Assembly (NCBI RefSeq): GCF_000002075.1
Contig: NW_004797812.1
Coordinates: 61,185-125,184, forward strand
DNA: 64,000 bases
Direction of reading: 5' to 3'
Origin: Aplysia californica
Lineage: Eukaryota
A program made the position numbers and the translations under genes. Shown here piece after piece: positions 23,208 through 36,198 of this stretch. Numbering within the stretch: position 1 is the stretch's first letter; the number at the start of each line of letters is the position of its first letter. The notes under the pieces were generated by a model. The model searched no databases and was not told where the DNA came from. It saw only the letters and a list, made by a program, of their open reading frames with translations.

Positions 23208-24332
23208 TCACTCAGAAGTGCTGTCCAGGAAGCGAGAGAAGCAAAGACTCCTCATCATCTCCCGATACTTTGAGCTGAACTTGTAGTAGACAAAACTATT
23301 CACAGCGGCGCTTAAGTAAGTAAGGATGGTTCCAATGGCATTGCTCGCGAAATGAGTGTTGTGGTATCGCTTTCCGCTGGCATATTCTGACACTACTCTT
23401 CCCACAGTGTAATTGACGATGGGAAAGAACCGAGTGGTAACAAAGATGGCCGCTACGAGCGTGACCAGCCTCACAACTTGTATTTCCTTTGCGTTAAAAG
23501 TTGAATTATTGTTTGTCTGCTTTGTTTTGTTGGCGTTTTGCGTGGAGTCGTTTTCAAGCGTTTGTGTTGAATATGCCATTGACGTTTCTGTCGTCGAAGT
23601 TGAAGTGGCCGTTGAGGAGTTCTTGCTGCGGAATTGCGACTGCTTTTTTAATTTCCGGATCAAAGAGACAACACAGATGAGTGAAATAAATACACACGTG
23701 TACAAAATAACGTTTCTGTTAACGAGGTCATGGAAAGCTCTGGCTTGGCTGTACCCAGATTTTCTCACAAGGATCAGACGAGCCTGAATTGTTGTATTTG
23801 CTGACCACCAACGCAGTTCTTGCGTGGAAATCATAGGCAGACTCATGCCGAAACTGACTGTAGCTAAAATACCTATAGCAATGTGCGTGCGACGAAGCGA
23901 AAATAGAAGTCTGAAATGTAAAGCCTTTGTAACACAACAACATCTGGCTACAGCAATATAGGTGTTGGTGAATAAAGACATGTTGTAAAACGGAATGGAG
24001 AACCAATGGGTATAAGTGTTCACAGCCCATGTAGGTGTCTCCACATAGACGCTCAGGAACCTTATCACGCAAATGTATCCGATAAAGAGAAATGCAAAAA
24101 GATCGGAAAGGGACAAATAGAAAAGCGATACAGTAACTGGATCACGGAGTCCCATCATGAGAAAGATGCAAACGTTGAGACTGTTGGTAGTCAGTCCAGT
24201 AAATACAGTGATCGTGAGGAGCCAGTACTGGAACATTGACACATGGTAAAAAACATAATCGCTGATAAGACCAGGAAGAGTCCCCTCCTCCGCAAGGACA
24301 TCTTCTGCTGTCGTCAAGTTATTCGTAGGCAT
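23208..24332 (-). CDS. intronless rhodopsin-class GPCR, gastropod chemosensory-receptor-A-like (paralog 1, 374 aa)
   Basis: Seven hydrophobic segments: TM1 GLTTNSLN, TM2 LSLSDL, TM3 end YIAVARCCCV (replacing DRY), TM7 AVNSFVYY..SSKYRE. Has an N-terminal glycosylation sequon and an ACCATG start. Two close paralogs are in the window. Confidence 0.93.
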   Translation of the reverse strand: MPTNNLTTAEDVLAEEGTLPGLISDYVFYHVSMFQYWLLTITVFTGLTTNSLNVCIFLMMGLRDPVTVSLFYLSLSDLFAFLFIGYICVIRFLSVYVETPTWAVNTYTHWFSIPFYNMSLFTNTYIAVARCCCVTKALHFRLLFSLRRTHIAIGILATVSFGMSLPMISTQELRWWSANTTIQARLILVRKSGYSQARAFHDLVNRNVILYTCVFISLICVVSLIRKLKKQSQFRSKNSSTATSTSTTETSMAYSTQTLENDSTQNANKTKQTNNNSTFNAKEIQVVRLVTLVAAIFVTTRFFPIVNYTVGRVVSEYASGKRYHNTHFASNAIGTILTYLSAAVNSFVYYKFSSKYREMMRSLCFSRFLDSTSE

Positions 24333-24700
24333 GGTTATCGAAGTAAATGTCTCTTTAACTTACTGAACAATTCAGGCGTAAGACGTGTTACGTCGAAGAT
24401 TAAATGTTATTCAAATAAAATAGCCAATTTAAAGCCGGAGACACAATAACGGTATCTTGTATCTTTGAGAGACAGTGAATATTTTCAAAAGCACGCTTTT
24501 TTGCAACTCAGCACGCTCAGTCGGAGTAGGATCTGTAGCCTCAGGTTCTTAAGTTCTCAGAGTTACGAAAGAGCGCAAAGCTAAGAGTTCGGCGAAACAA
24601 ATGCTCTAAAGTCGAAAACAAAGTTCTTTGTATCAAGAGCGACCTTCGTACATCATCTACTAAACAAAGAAGATCACGGAATTATTGTCGGGTGGAAGAA

Positions 24701-24706
24701 TATATA
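24701..24706 (-). promoter_or_regulatory. candidate TATA box of GPCR paralog 1
   Basis: AAAATACTG(C/T)TATATATT is conserved 364-374 bp upstream of the ATG in all three paralogs (44151, 57463). Confidence 0.35.
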
Positions 24707-25568
24707 ACAGTATTTTAGCAAACATAACCATTAAAATATCAATTTACAGTCTTCATTTTCGACGACAACACAGGGAAAAGGAAAGTCTAAGTCGAGGTCA
24801 TTAGTACTTTTGCTTAATTAAACAATAATTTACCATACTGCGTGAATATTGCAACTAATACCAAAAACAAATTAATGAGACAACCGTGTTATCCATTCAT
24901 ATTTGCTTATCACATTTCTTGTCACTAAAAGTGCTCGATACAAAAGTAATTGGAAACATTCTGACATTTTGGCAGTCTACACATAATTGACGGGAGACTT
25001 GGTGAATCGTTATGGTAATGAACCTTCAAGTTGTGGGGTAATATTACATTATTTGTGCTACCAAAGTTCGGTAATCTAATGTCATCAGTTGATTAAAGAA
25101 ATAAAGAAAGTCTGCATGACACATATCTTATTAGAACAATTAAGACATAATCGTAGAAAATTTCACAACTGCAATCCATTCCTGTATCTTCTCCTTTCTG
25201 TGTTTGCTCTACGGCTCTCAGGCAAAGATGACCTTTCCTTAACCAAATCTCACAGACAATGGAAGGGTGCTCAGAGAAGGCTGATCAATGCGTAATGCAT
25301 GTGCCACAGACGTTTTTACGTTAAAAGTCTGAGCGAGTTTAATAGAGATACACCACATTTCAAAAAGAAATACGAGAAGGTACGCAAAAGAGACGAGGAC
25401 AGTAGGAAGACAAAGACTACAAACAACGACAGCATAAAGTCAAGGACAGCATGATCGTGGGATCAGTGCACCAGAGCAGCTAAAAACCAAGATAGTATGA
25501 GTATGAGTTGACTCTCATATTTCTTATATTCAGTTTTAGTGCGAATTTAACGGTATTTGCAAGACAAA

Positions 25569-25626
25569 TAGATGTCTCCTAAAGGCTCAGGAACTTTATC
25601 ACGCAAAAATATCCGATAAAGAGGAA
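25569..25626 (-). pseudogene. ~55-bp isolated fragment of GPCR coding sequence (TM2/ECL1)
   Basis: TAGATGTCTCC...GCTCAGGAACTTTATCACGCAAAAATATCCGATAAAGAG matches 24032-24089 of paralog 1 (TAGGTGTCTCC...GCTCAGGAACCTTATCACGCAAATGTATCCGATAAAGAG). Confidence 0.7.
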
Positions 25627-25999
25627 AGTATTTGCGCCATCATATCAATTAAACTCACATCTTAAGGTCATCAGCTTACAAAACGAAATTTATTTTACCA
25701 TTCATCAAACATAAAACAATGGGTGAAATGGACATTTTGAATATGCCTGGAATGTTTCGCCCAGTAGTTTAAGAGAGAGCAAATTCTTTAATTCATTCAA
25801 ATGTCAGCTTGTCATTCCTGTTTTATAATTTACGAGATATGTTTAAAAAGAGGTTTCCTTTTGGTCAGGACACAATGTACCTATTCTATTATGTTCTGTT
25901 GTATTTGTAAAGCGTTCAGAGCGCCTGTGTGAGTATTTATTTTAATCGTCTTGAGCGCTATACAAATGACATTCAAATGACCCTACGTATCATGCAATT

Positions 26000-26560
26000 A
26001 TGGAAAGTCGGTGAAGGCGGTTCAGAATGGTAGGACTGTCCAGGAAGCATCAGACTTAGGTTTGTCAAAATCAACACCTTGTCTTTGTGTGCAGAAGGTG
26101 AACATACTGACTGACGCAAGGCTCAAATGATATTTTTGCGCACTAATAAACACTATTTTCATATCATATCAAAAAAGCAATTTGATTTCGATCGTATCAG
26201 TCATGGTCAATGAAGGTTGAGATGGATTATAACAGCCCTGGAAAGATACTCAATAAAAATTCTACCCATAGTAGAATCCAACCTCATTTATTCTGCCTGC
26301 GACAGTGAAGCACATAACCGCAATAAAACTGATGCCACTGCGGTCGTTTGTGAAGAACTTTGTTAGAAACTTTTTTTTTTCGAGAAAAATCCAGAAGAGA
26401 GAAGATGAGTTCTGTATCAAGATTTAAAACTATTGAGAGTTTTACGGTGTTCGCAACACTAGTGAGAATGACATTTAGGATTGGATCTGAAACTAATAAA
26501 ACACTTGCAGCTTTTATGAGCTCAGGCATCAACCAATGGCCAACATAATCCCCAGGTGAA
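26000..26560 (+). mobile_element. possible pogo/Tigger-like transposase relic
   Basis: VKAVQNGRTVQEASDLGLSKST near 26010-26075 resembles a psq-type HTH. Downstream sequence is highly decayed. Confidence 0.3.
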
Positions 26561-28964
26561 TGAGTTGTTAAGCACAAGTGGAGTCAGCAGCATTGTATTT
26601 CAATATTTGTGAGAGCAGAAATGATCAAGTAGCCTGGATATAGTACAATGTGCAATGGCAGCCGGGGACTGTGAAAGATGGAGGGTCATTACCCGTCAAT
26701 CTCTGAGTCAGAGATGACACCTCCAGAAAACAGAAAAATTGATCAAGAAAGGAGGCAGAAAAGGTCTCTAAGCTGTCCAATGTCTTCTCTCTTACTGTGC
26801 TGTAGCGATTAACAGTCTTACTTTTCCTTAGCTTTAACAAACACCTGCTCTGTGTTCTTTGTGCCTCCCTTTATCTCAAAACAGACTGTCCATGTCAGAT
26901 GGCTTTTTGTGAATTTCCGGCTTAAAGAACTCACCTAGAAGCAAACTACACATGGGCTTCTTGTGAAAGGAAGTATGATGTTCCTCTGTACTCGAAGCAT
27001 GGAAAAAAAACGTTGTATATAAAACAGCTAAGACATAAAAAAAGAAATGTATGAATGATTACCCACTGGATTATATAAAAAATGTATCAAACAATATTCC
27101 ACTTACTTTGTTTTCGAGTTTGCATTAGATGAACGGCGCACAAGACGAAACATGCCAATTACAACAGTGATGAAGTAAATAACAAGTTCATTGCTTCTAT
27201 CGGCTCAAAAACAAGTCTTACTGTTTCAGTTCGGGGGAGGGGGTATGTGTATATATGTGTGTGTTGGGGGGAGGGGGGGAATTACTCCAGGACAGCTCTA
27301 CCTATGAGATTATTCACATTCTTAAGCTCGTGCACACATTATTCTCAGATTGTTCCTCTGCTCAGCTTTTTGGAAAGTCAAGAAAATGAAACATATTCCA
27401 CAGCTCATCTCAACAAATCAATATCAGTCCAAAACGACCGATACGATTTCAGGATAGAATACGTACCGTAGGCCTATAGACTGTGGCATATTCTTGAACA
27501 TAGTCAGGTTGTCATTGCTTTCCTTAGAATCTCCATCACAAGCCAAAACATTTCCAAACAATGAACAGCTCCTTCACGTCTTCTACTTTACTCATAATAA
27601 AACAGAACAGCGTGTACTTTCAAATGGTGCACAGCTTATTTCAACTGATCCTATCAGCCCATCGCACTGGTAAGACTGCTGGAGATTATGTATATATATA
27701 CTGTGCTCATGTCTACACCACTTTTTTAAACAATTGGAATATGGGGCCCTTATTTAAATCATTCTTCAATTTAATCAGCACCGCTGGTGAATACCAAAAA
27801 AGAAGGTATTATAAGTGTAGCACAGTGGCAGATACCCTTCTGTCACATAAAGAACGAAAGGAAAGAAAGCTATACATATTCGATGTATACTGTCCATATA
27901 ATCATGATACCTGTGTTGTCCACCCCCCCCCCCAACAAAATACCCCACAAAAAAAACAAAAAAACCCCAACCCCAACCCCCCCCAACATGCTGTAAGTAA
28001 GAACGTTTTTTGTTTGATCCGATAAGAATCATATCAACAACTGGTCGCACACTAACATTGTTATGTAATTCCTGGGAACAATCGTTTCAAAACAGGATTT
28101 GAAATCTCTAAGCAGTTTTTTTTTCTTTGAGTAGGCTAGGTCTTTTACGGTACTATCGACTCAGTTTTGATCATCTATTCGCAGTCTCCAAACAGAGTTA
28201 AATATGACAAAAACTTAAGTTTTTAAGTAAAGGGAGGCATATTGACATAATAAAGATATTTTAGTGCTGGGAATAGAGATTAAGACAGACGGACAGAAAT
28301 AACAGAGGAAAAGTAAAGAAGCGGGACCTACCAGGGGTGCTCTCCAACCACTCGCAGTCTTAATTTGCCCTCAAAGAGTAAGACAACATAATTACACACT
28401 CTAGAGCAATTATCGAAAACTTAAGTCCAGCCAGCTGCTCTACTCTACTGTTTCTAATGAAAGAGCCTGTGAAGAAATAGTTCAAACCTACAAATATCAA
28501 CTCTTTGACATTGACTCGAAGACAATCTTCAATTTTAAACTGGACAAGAGAAATTAGCTGGAAGAGAAAAGGAAACCACTGCTCCTGAGCAACTTCAAAT
28601 TGACCCCAAAAGGCTGTGTTCCCATACGCTTGCGAGGTTCTCTGGATACCTTTGAGGTCTACAACAAAGTTCAGGCTGTGAATATGACAAATTAGTGAGG
28701 AGAGATTTGATTCTTTGAAAAAGGACACATTCAATAAGGAACTGAATGCTAAACTGATCAAGAGTTGCTGAGGCATGCTAGTACCGGAATATGACTAGAG
28801 CTCTTTTTTTTAAAGACAGTAAACATTGCGCGATCAAGCTGGTATTCGCCCAATACCAGTGCCCGTACATACAACCATGCTTTCAGGAACTACTCAAAGT
28901 TAACGCGACGAAAATCTGGCGGAAATCAGATTTCGGGTTTCAGCGGACTCCACCGTAGTTACCG

Positions 28965-29046
28965 GTGTCCGTGGTGTAGTGGTTACACGCTTCGATGTCG
29001 CACGCAAGATACCCGAGTTCGATTCCCAAGTGGGGAGTCCTTTTTA
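28965..29046 (+). mobile_element. tRNA-like head of SINE family B (best-preserved copy)
   Basis: A box TGGTGTAGTGG and B box GAGTTCGATTCC, followed by TTTTT. The acceptor stem does not pair and there are multiple diverged copies. Confidence 0.7.
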
Positions 29047-30944
29047 TCCAGTATTTTTTTCTTACTGCTGGGATGTTGTATAACTTTAACAGACTGAAAA
29101 AAAACCTTCCACCCCCCCCCTTAAAATATGTCAGATAAGGTAGATGGTAAGATATAAAAGTTAAAACGTCATTTTTTTCCTCATCCATTAAACTCCAACC
29201 ATCTTAATCATCTTGTAATAATGCATTTCTATTACCTTCAAAGCATGCATGTAATATCAGAAAACAGTGGGATTTTTATCAGCATACTGATCAAGTACAT
29301 CTAGCGATTAATGATAATGATTATTTATTTTGTATGCCACGACGCAGTGAAAATCAGCGCTTGTCAATTTTGGGCTAAATGGAGTTAATAGATATAATCT
29401 CAAAGCTTGCTCATTTTTCTTTCTCTTGATGAAAAAGATACTGATCTTTATAGAATAGAATTGCGAGATATTTGTGATTGAAGGAGATAGGAGTCACCTG
29501 GTATCAGATATAAAATAAGAGAGAGAATATGAATGCCAAAGTTTGGGGACTTACATAGCTAGAGTGTGCTTGAATACTAGCAAATTTACCTTTTTTGTGC
29601 CTTTGATCAATGCTTTTGAGTAAAATTTCCCCCAAATAAAATGTTGCCTTTTAAATAGGTGCATAAGGTGTTTACCCTAAAATGAAAATGAAAATTGACA
29701 AAATTGCCCTACAGGAGGAAAAAATGAGTTTCTTCAAAGTTCAATTTTCCTTCACCAGATTTCACCACAATGACTCACATAGTTGTTACAATGTACTTAT
29801 GTGTAGAGATGTGCGTGAAAGAGAAAGGATGGCATGTAAGAATGAATATGCACGTGGTTACACGCCAAACCAATTTGCCAGCATCTGGACAATGAAAATT
29901 ATTCCTACCTCACCACTCCGTGTGTACTGGCCGGTCACCATTGTCAGCTGCACCAGTGGCTTCCTTCCCTGACTATGAAGTAGTGCTACTTCTGCTGTTT
30001 CACTGCCTACTGACCGCCTGCATATTATAACCACAGCTTGCACTTTTCCCACAAAAACAAACATTGGCCCCCAAAATAAACATTGGAATGAAAGAAATGC
30101 CTGGTCTTATTTGCAAGTTCTAAAATAATAACTAAAAACAAAACAAAACATTACAAAACAAAACAAAAAGCGATTACTCAGCATGTCAAAGCACCGTGGA
30201 CTGACAAAATTTTACTAAAAAGCAATATCGAACGAAAGTACCCCCACAAATGCACACGACTCTATTGTTCATACACAGCGTTTTAATTATTTTTTTTGTG
30301 GGGGGCGTTTCCGGTCCAAGCAAAGTGGTCAATACGTTATTTATTACCTTTGAAAATAATATATGTTTACACTTTGTCTAGTTACCGGGCCGCAGAACTA
30401 AATTATCACGTACATGCACGNNNNNNNNNNNNNNNNNNNNNNNNNNNNNNNNNNNNNNNNNNNNNNNNNNNNNNNNNNNNNNNNNNNNNNNNNNNNNNNN
30501 NNNNNNNNNNNNNNNNNNNNNNNNNNNNNNNNNNNNNNNNNNNNNNNNNNNNNNNNNNNNNNNNNNNNNNNNNNNNNNNNNNNNNNNNNNNNNNNNNNNN
30601 ATCCGTCTGTCTGTTCATCTATCTATCGGGAGCTGTAATTCATTGCTCGTGCGCCAGTGGGGCTGCCAATACTGAAAAGGCGTTGCCTCTAATTTTTCAT
30701 TATATCTTCAAACAAAACGGTGTCTGCCAGTTCGTCAATAGCATTTCAACAAGACAGCTTAACTTTGGTCCCAAAAAATCTTTGTATAAAGTGCATTGTT
30801 TCACAGTAAAATCTTTCCATGATGATATCAGTGAGCAATTTTTTTTTCTTTCTGGTAAGTGCCGTACGCGCTCACAACTGCATTATAATGTCATATATTA
30901 CACGGGACACATTAAATTGAGCCTTTTTCAGTTAGGTAGGAATT

Positions 30945-31378
30945 AATTTTGAATTTTGCGCGGTTGACGGCCTAAGCCTACTTTTATCGATTTTAGGACC
31001 ACCAATGGATCTTTAACGTACACAACTTACAAGACCTCCGAGATTTTTTCGTCCTTATCCGAGATCAAGAAGGCTAGGTGTAGATCTTTCCTACCCTAAG
31101 ATAAGAGTGTTGTTGAAAGACAGCAGTAAGAAGTAGCCAAGGAATGGCAGTAAAAAGACAGCAGAAAGAGTCAGGAGTCCAAAGTAGGGCCAAAGACAGG
31201 AGAAGGTGGGAGCAGAAAGTGAAGAGGAAAGCAGACGACAAAACATGATTAGAGAGCAGGAAAGGTGAAAATAGAACATACATATTTTAGAGAAGAAAAT
31301 TTTCCGCCACTGTCAGGTTTCGAACCCGGGACCTACAGAATGAGAGGCAACCACAGTACTTCAAGACCACGAGAATCC
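30945..31378 (-). mobile_element. tRNA-derived SINE with Nin/Deu-like domain
   Basis: Minus-strand B box GGGTTCGAAACC near 31320, and TCGGATAAGGACG...GGAGGTC...GTACGTTAAAGATCC at 31062-31007, resembling the Nin domain. Confidence 0.55.
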
Positions 31379-31683
31379 CCAGTGATGGGAGTGATGTGGA
31401 AGTGGGCAATGCTGTCGAAGACGGCTTTTTTACTTTGGAGGGTGTAGCTGTTGTCTGACCAACCCTATAGACCATACACGAGCCGACAACTGGATTTGGG
31501 AATTGTTCTACGATGGTGTAGCAGTGGACGTTTTTTTTCAAGATCAGTGGACGAATACAAATCTCCAAGGACGAACTCCTCATCAGTTCAGAGGTATGAT
31601 CTCTATATAATCAGCCCACTTGATCTAAATATTAAAGTTAAATAGAGACAAAATATATATTTACCATAATAAATCGAAGAAAA

Positions 31684-32540
31684 TTTTACTTTACTTTTTT
31701 TTCTTCCGCTTGCACCGGTGGGTGTCGCGGGGAGACACAGACGTCTCTCTGCTACAAGGAGAGTGGCTTGTAAAGGGGGCGGGGGGGGGGGGACTTCCTT
31801 GAGCTCTGAAGGTGTCTGCCACAGATTCGCTGCAGTGTCGCCTTGGTCGTCCTCTGGCTCTCCAGCCAGAAATTTTGATGTTGTATACTCTCAGAACTGG
31901 TTGGTTTGAGGGCATCCGTGTGAGGTGTCCGAACCACTTTTTTCAATGTGTGGTAGGACTGGTGTTGCTCCTACCATGTCTCTTATGATTTCATTTTTTT
32001 TCTTGTCTCGTCTTGTTTTGTTAACCGCTCTTCTTAAACATTTCATTTCTCATGTGACCAGCTTCCTCTCGAGGACTTTTGTTCAGGACCATGTCTAGCA
32101 GTGACATGTGAGCATTAGTAGGAAAATGGCGTTGATGAGCTTCGCCTTGGTGCTCGTGGGGATATTGGGAAGTTTCAGGAGAGGGGCGAGTTGATAGCTG
32201 ACTGCATTGGATTTATGGTATCTTATCTCTATTTCTCGATCTAATTTTCCACTTTCTGTGAAACTGCTGCCTAAATATTTGAATTCGCTGCTTTATTTTA
32301 GTTGGGATTCATTGATGTTGATAACAACTTTTTCTGGTCTCCTGCTAACTGTCGCGACCTCGGTCTTGCTCACACTGATCTTTATGTCGTATTTCTGGCA
32401 GCTCGCGTTTACACTGCTCATATGCTATTGTAGTTGAGTCTTGTTGTTCATCATTGCCAGGTGGTCTGTAAACATGAGTTCGTTGAGTGTCTCTGGGTCT
32501 GGAAAGGCGTCCATTGTAATCTGACCAAAGAAACACAAAG
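31684..32540 (-). mobile_element. 3' fragment of RTE-type LINE
   Basis: Minus strand encodes F.YLGS, KWFGHL.RMP and G.RARGRPR. Its 3' end CCCCGCGACACCC...AAGCGG...(AAAGT)n is shared with the element at 59742-60665. Confidence 0.8.
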
Positions 32541-32989
32541 ACTAAAAGGAAAATTATCAGAACATCTCACAATATTTGAAACAGTCTAGCACGAACATAG
32601 CGAATCGATTTTTGGGTCTAAAATCTTTTCTTAGACTTGCATCTTCTTTGTTTTTAAAACACGTTCCAAGCACTATTAGTACATAACAAAAAGATCAGTA
32701 TACCGACCACTTCACCATGTGTGCTTGCTAGATTGTAACACATGACAATACTATTTCTCATTTTGATGGACCCTCTGAACCTGCAGACCTAGAGTTCAGC
32801 GAGGAGTCTGTGCTTTTCTTTCGGAAAGATTTGGACTAACCCCTTCGAGCAGCATCTTGTTAAAGTTAACAAGACGTACAGTTACACCCGGCAGGTGCCG
32901 GCAAAAGCGCATCGGTCTCCCAAGAGAAAGTAGAGTCCGGTCGACGTCCACCATGTAGCGCCCTATTCATTCACAAAATACTTTTACTT

Positions 32990-33390
32990 TTACACAGGCC
33001 TCTGCTTCTGAATGGGCATGATGGGTCAACCCTGCCGGTCGGACAATTGGAGGAGGAAGAAGTCGTAACTCCAGACTTAGTTTGGGAGCGCCATGTCAAG
33101 AGATCTGTTTTCTCTAACATGGCGCTTCCTTCACCTTCACGACAATGAATACCAGCCCATAAACGGAGAACAAACCCAAACTGAATAAGATGAGATGATT
33201 GATCTACTCCCTCAGTAATACGTTCGGGGGTCTACCAGGCTAACGGCCGTGTCTGTTGATGAAAGCATGATCAAGCGCAAGAGCTCACTATTTGTTTTCA
33301 AAACACAATTTAAAAAGCAGTTGCGAACAAAAATGCGGCATTTTTATCTCGGCTTTTCTGCTGGTATATACAGATAATTTTTTTTGGGTG
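32990..33390 (+). mobile_element. piggyBac (PGBD4-like) transposase relic
   Basis: FGSAMSRDLFSLTWRFLHLHDNE (from 33081) and VSVDESMIK (from 33249) match the piggyBac MSR.RF..I.RFLHF.DN and S.DESMI motifs. Frameshifted. Confidence 0.75.
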
Positions 33391-33711
33391 TTCCCTCAGC
33401 ACATGGATGACATTAATCACAAGCAGAGTGCGGAAGGAGGGAGAGGTGCAATAATTATACTAAATCATCCGCACTGCTTCACTACTGTATCATGTGACGA
33501 CTCGGCTACTCACACTCCCGCTGTTTCGGTCTACGACACTAATGACTGATGCATCAATCGTAAATGCGATTTCATATTCTCTGTGTCCTCCAGAAACCAA
33601 AGTTCGGCTAATGCCAGTGCCACTGCTGATCTTTTACAACCAGTGAACGCAAAGAAATTGCTGTATTACGAGACAGTCACACCAAAGACGAGTGACATTA
33701 AAAACGAGAGG

Positions 33712-34023
33712 AATTCTGTAACGAGTTACTTATAAAATAGAGGGTTATGTTAAGATTGTGATTAGGGCTAAGACTAGGGCTAGGGTTTTAAGGCTAGGGT
33801 TAGGGTTAAGACTAGGGCTAAGGATTAGGTTAAGGTTAAGGTTACGGCTAGGGTTAGTGTTACGGTTAAGGTCAAGGCTAGGGTTAGAGCTAAGGCTAGG
33901 GTTAAGTTTAAAGCAAGGGTTAGGGTTAAGGCTACGGTTGGGCTAAGGCTAGGGTTATGCTTAAGTCTATGGTTCGGTCCCCTCTTTATTGTGTTTGTTG
34001 GGGTGGTAGCTCGTTACAGAAGT
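33712..34023. repeat. degenerate (TTAGGG)n-like array bounded by ~19-bp inverted repeats
   Basis: Hexamers TTAGGG/CTAGGG/TTAAGG/CTAAGG at 33760-33957. Arms are AATTCTGTAACGAGTTACT (33712-30) and GGTAGCTCGTTACAGAAGT (34005-23). Confidence 0.85.
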
Positions 34024-34921
34024 CCTTCATAAAATCTTTTGGGCAACAACAGCCCACTAAGAAATTACTAGTTTTTTTCCCCTCAGTTGTGTGTGTGTGT
34101 AAAACGCAAGTGAAGTATATCTCTTTGCTTGAAGGACCAGTCCAATAGATTTGCTGTAATGTTAGAGGTGTGCCACAAGAGGATAACGATTATTTGTGGC
34201 TGATAAAGTTTAACTTCTTGCCAGTAAGAACATTTTCTTTTGTGACAAGTGCTGTGGTGCACTAAAACTTTCGTACAGAAATGGCAACGCTGTGGCACAC
34301 TCAAACACAATGCACATACCTCACGTGTGACCAGAGTGAAGGCACAGGTGGTCAAAAGGGCCTTTGCTGCTGCTGGAGACCTTCAAAAGCTCTGTAAAGT
34401 GCCAGGGTTACCTTGCATCTCCCTCAAGAACAACCTAACTGTTAAAAAGAAGCTTCACAAATTATACGTTATAGTGGTATCAAGACTGCATTATGTACTG
34501 CCCTTTATGGATCCGATTATTTAACTTTGGTCTAACTTAGTGATAAATAAATTAACAGTCGACAGGCCAATATGATTGACCCACATATCTAAATGTAATC
34601 GAAACGTATCCGACTCAGACTTAGTATACTTGGGGGTGGGGGTGGGGTGGGGGGGGGGGGTAACGGGGCATAGTCTACAAATATGGAAAGTAAGTAAGGA
34701 TGATTCCATGATGATCTTATTTCAACCAGAGAAAAGAATCATTTTTTTAAAACGGCCAATCAGCTCCGATCAAGGCCTTGCTTTAATTGTAATGATATAA
34801 GTGAAAGTGAGCAGTTTGAAAACCGACAGTCCAAAGAAATTAAAGAAGATCAGTAATTTGAAGAGGTTCTTATTCTGCCTTAAAATCTTCACCAGTTTCT
34901 AACATTTTCAATTTGCATTCA

Positions 34922-35245
34922 GTTTGTTTTGTTTAAGTAGAGGTTTTAAAGCGCTCGCAACTGCATACGGTCATATGACCGCCAAGGGGTGGATGTCAAC
35001 AGATAAGTCCTCACAGGGAATCATACTTACTCTGCTCACCTCTCTAGCTTCAACAGCACAAAGTCTGCTTCGACTATCAAGGCACCCCGGAAATAGAGGG
35101 TCACAAGAGTGTGACAAACATACACAGAAAGTGGAAGAAAATGACGATAGTAATAGTAAGAATTAAGAAAGAAAAACAGCGGTTTCCTGTTGCAGCTCAG
35201 GCACAGTTATGAGCATGACATTGATGACTCAGCCCATTTACAAAC
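34922..35245 (-). mobile_element. retroposon 3' end with (AAAC)n tail; inverted copy of 52235-52555
   Basis: About 320 bp align to 52235-52555. The terminus GCGAGCGCCGTAAAACCTCTACT-(AAAC)n is also seen at 3770-3800. Confidence 0.8.
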
Positions 35246-35289
35246 AATAACAATTCTACTGTGTATAAGAATACTAATAATAGTGAGAT

Positions 35290-35658
35290 TCCGGATTCGG
35301 GGGTTCGAGCTGCGGGCCCGACGTTGTGTCCTTGGGAAAGGCACTTTACACGAATTTCCCTTACTTCACTCAGGTGGAAAAGGGTACTCGGCCATAGACA
35401 GCGAAAGATCTTGTCAGTTTGTTAGTGTTTTGGCGCCTATAAAAGGGTGCTTGCACTGTATGCTTCCCAGGAAGATGAAGCTGTTTCCAAATGCTCTCAG
35501 GTCTGCTGGGGTAATAGTATAGATTGTGAAGCGCATAGAGCTTGCTGTTGAGCGGGGATTTGCGCTATACAAAATGCTATCTATTATTATTATTATTATC
35601 ATTATTATTATTATTATCATTATTATTATTATTATATTATTATTATTATTATTATTAT
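35290..35658 (+). mobile_element. SINE family A, copy 2 (5'-truncated)
   Basis: Collinear with 75-430 from the B box to the GCGCTATAC-(ATT)n tail. Confidence 0.85.
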
Positions 35659-36198
35659 AAGAACATGGTTAATGTTCCCCCTTTTGGAATGGCCTAAAGA
35701 CACTTCAGGCAGTAGCACCGCCCCAGAAGGGTTGCATTCAGTCTCTTGTCTTTGAGTGTCTTGATGCTGTGCTTCCTGTGTTTATTGTGGCGGCTGGTAA
35801 TTTTAATCCTTCTTTGGAGATATTCTTGTTACCCTTACAATTTTTATTCAATTCTTATTCAAGAGGATCAATATTTTTGTGGCTCATGTTAAAGTTTGGA
35901 CTTCTTGCCAGTGAGAACAGTTTCTTTTCTTATGACAACTGGTGCACTACAACTTTGGTACAGAAGTGAAATACGTGTTTGTTACTTACAGATTTTGTTA
36001 TAAAAAAGATTTTAAAAATCATGAGTACATTACAGTCAATTATTTCTAATCTTTGAACGAACTCAAGAGATCTGGTTGTCCAACAAAAAGGGGTTCCAAA
36101 AAGTTAACCATGAGCATGTGCTGCATTGCGAGAATGGACTCCAAATTATTATCATGAGAGTCAGCTATATTCTTTCAACTATAATATTAGACTTAATG

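Noticed and set aside
27120-27160. Hammerhead-ribozyme-like AGATGAACGGCGCACAAGACGAAAC
   Set aside because: The core CTGATGA is broken (TAGATGA) and I could not find convincing flanking stems. At best it is a dead relic.
28965-29040. Functional tRNA gene
   Set aside because: A and B boxes are present, but the acceptor and anticodon stems do not pair, and many decayed copies with a shared downstream body indicate a SINE head.
33760-33957. True telomere or chromosome-fusion site
   Set aside because: Short, highly degenerate, single orientation, and enclosed by inverted repeats in the middle of the scaffold.
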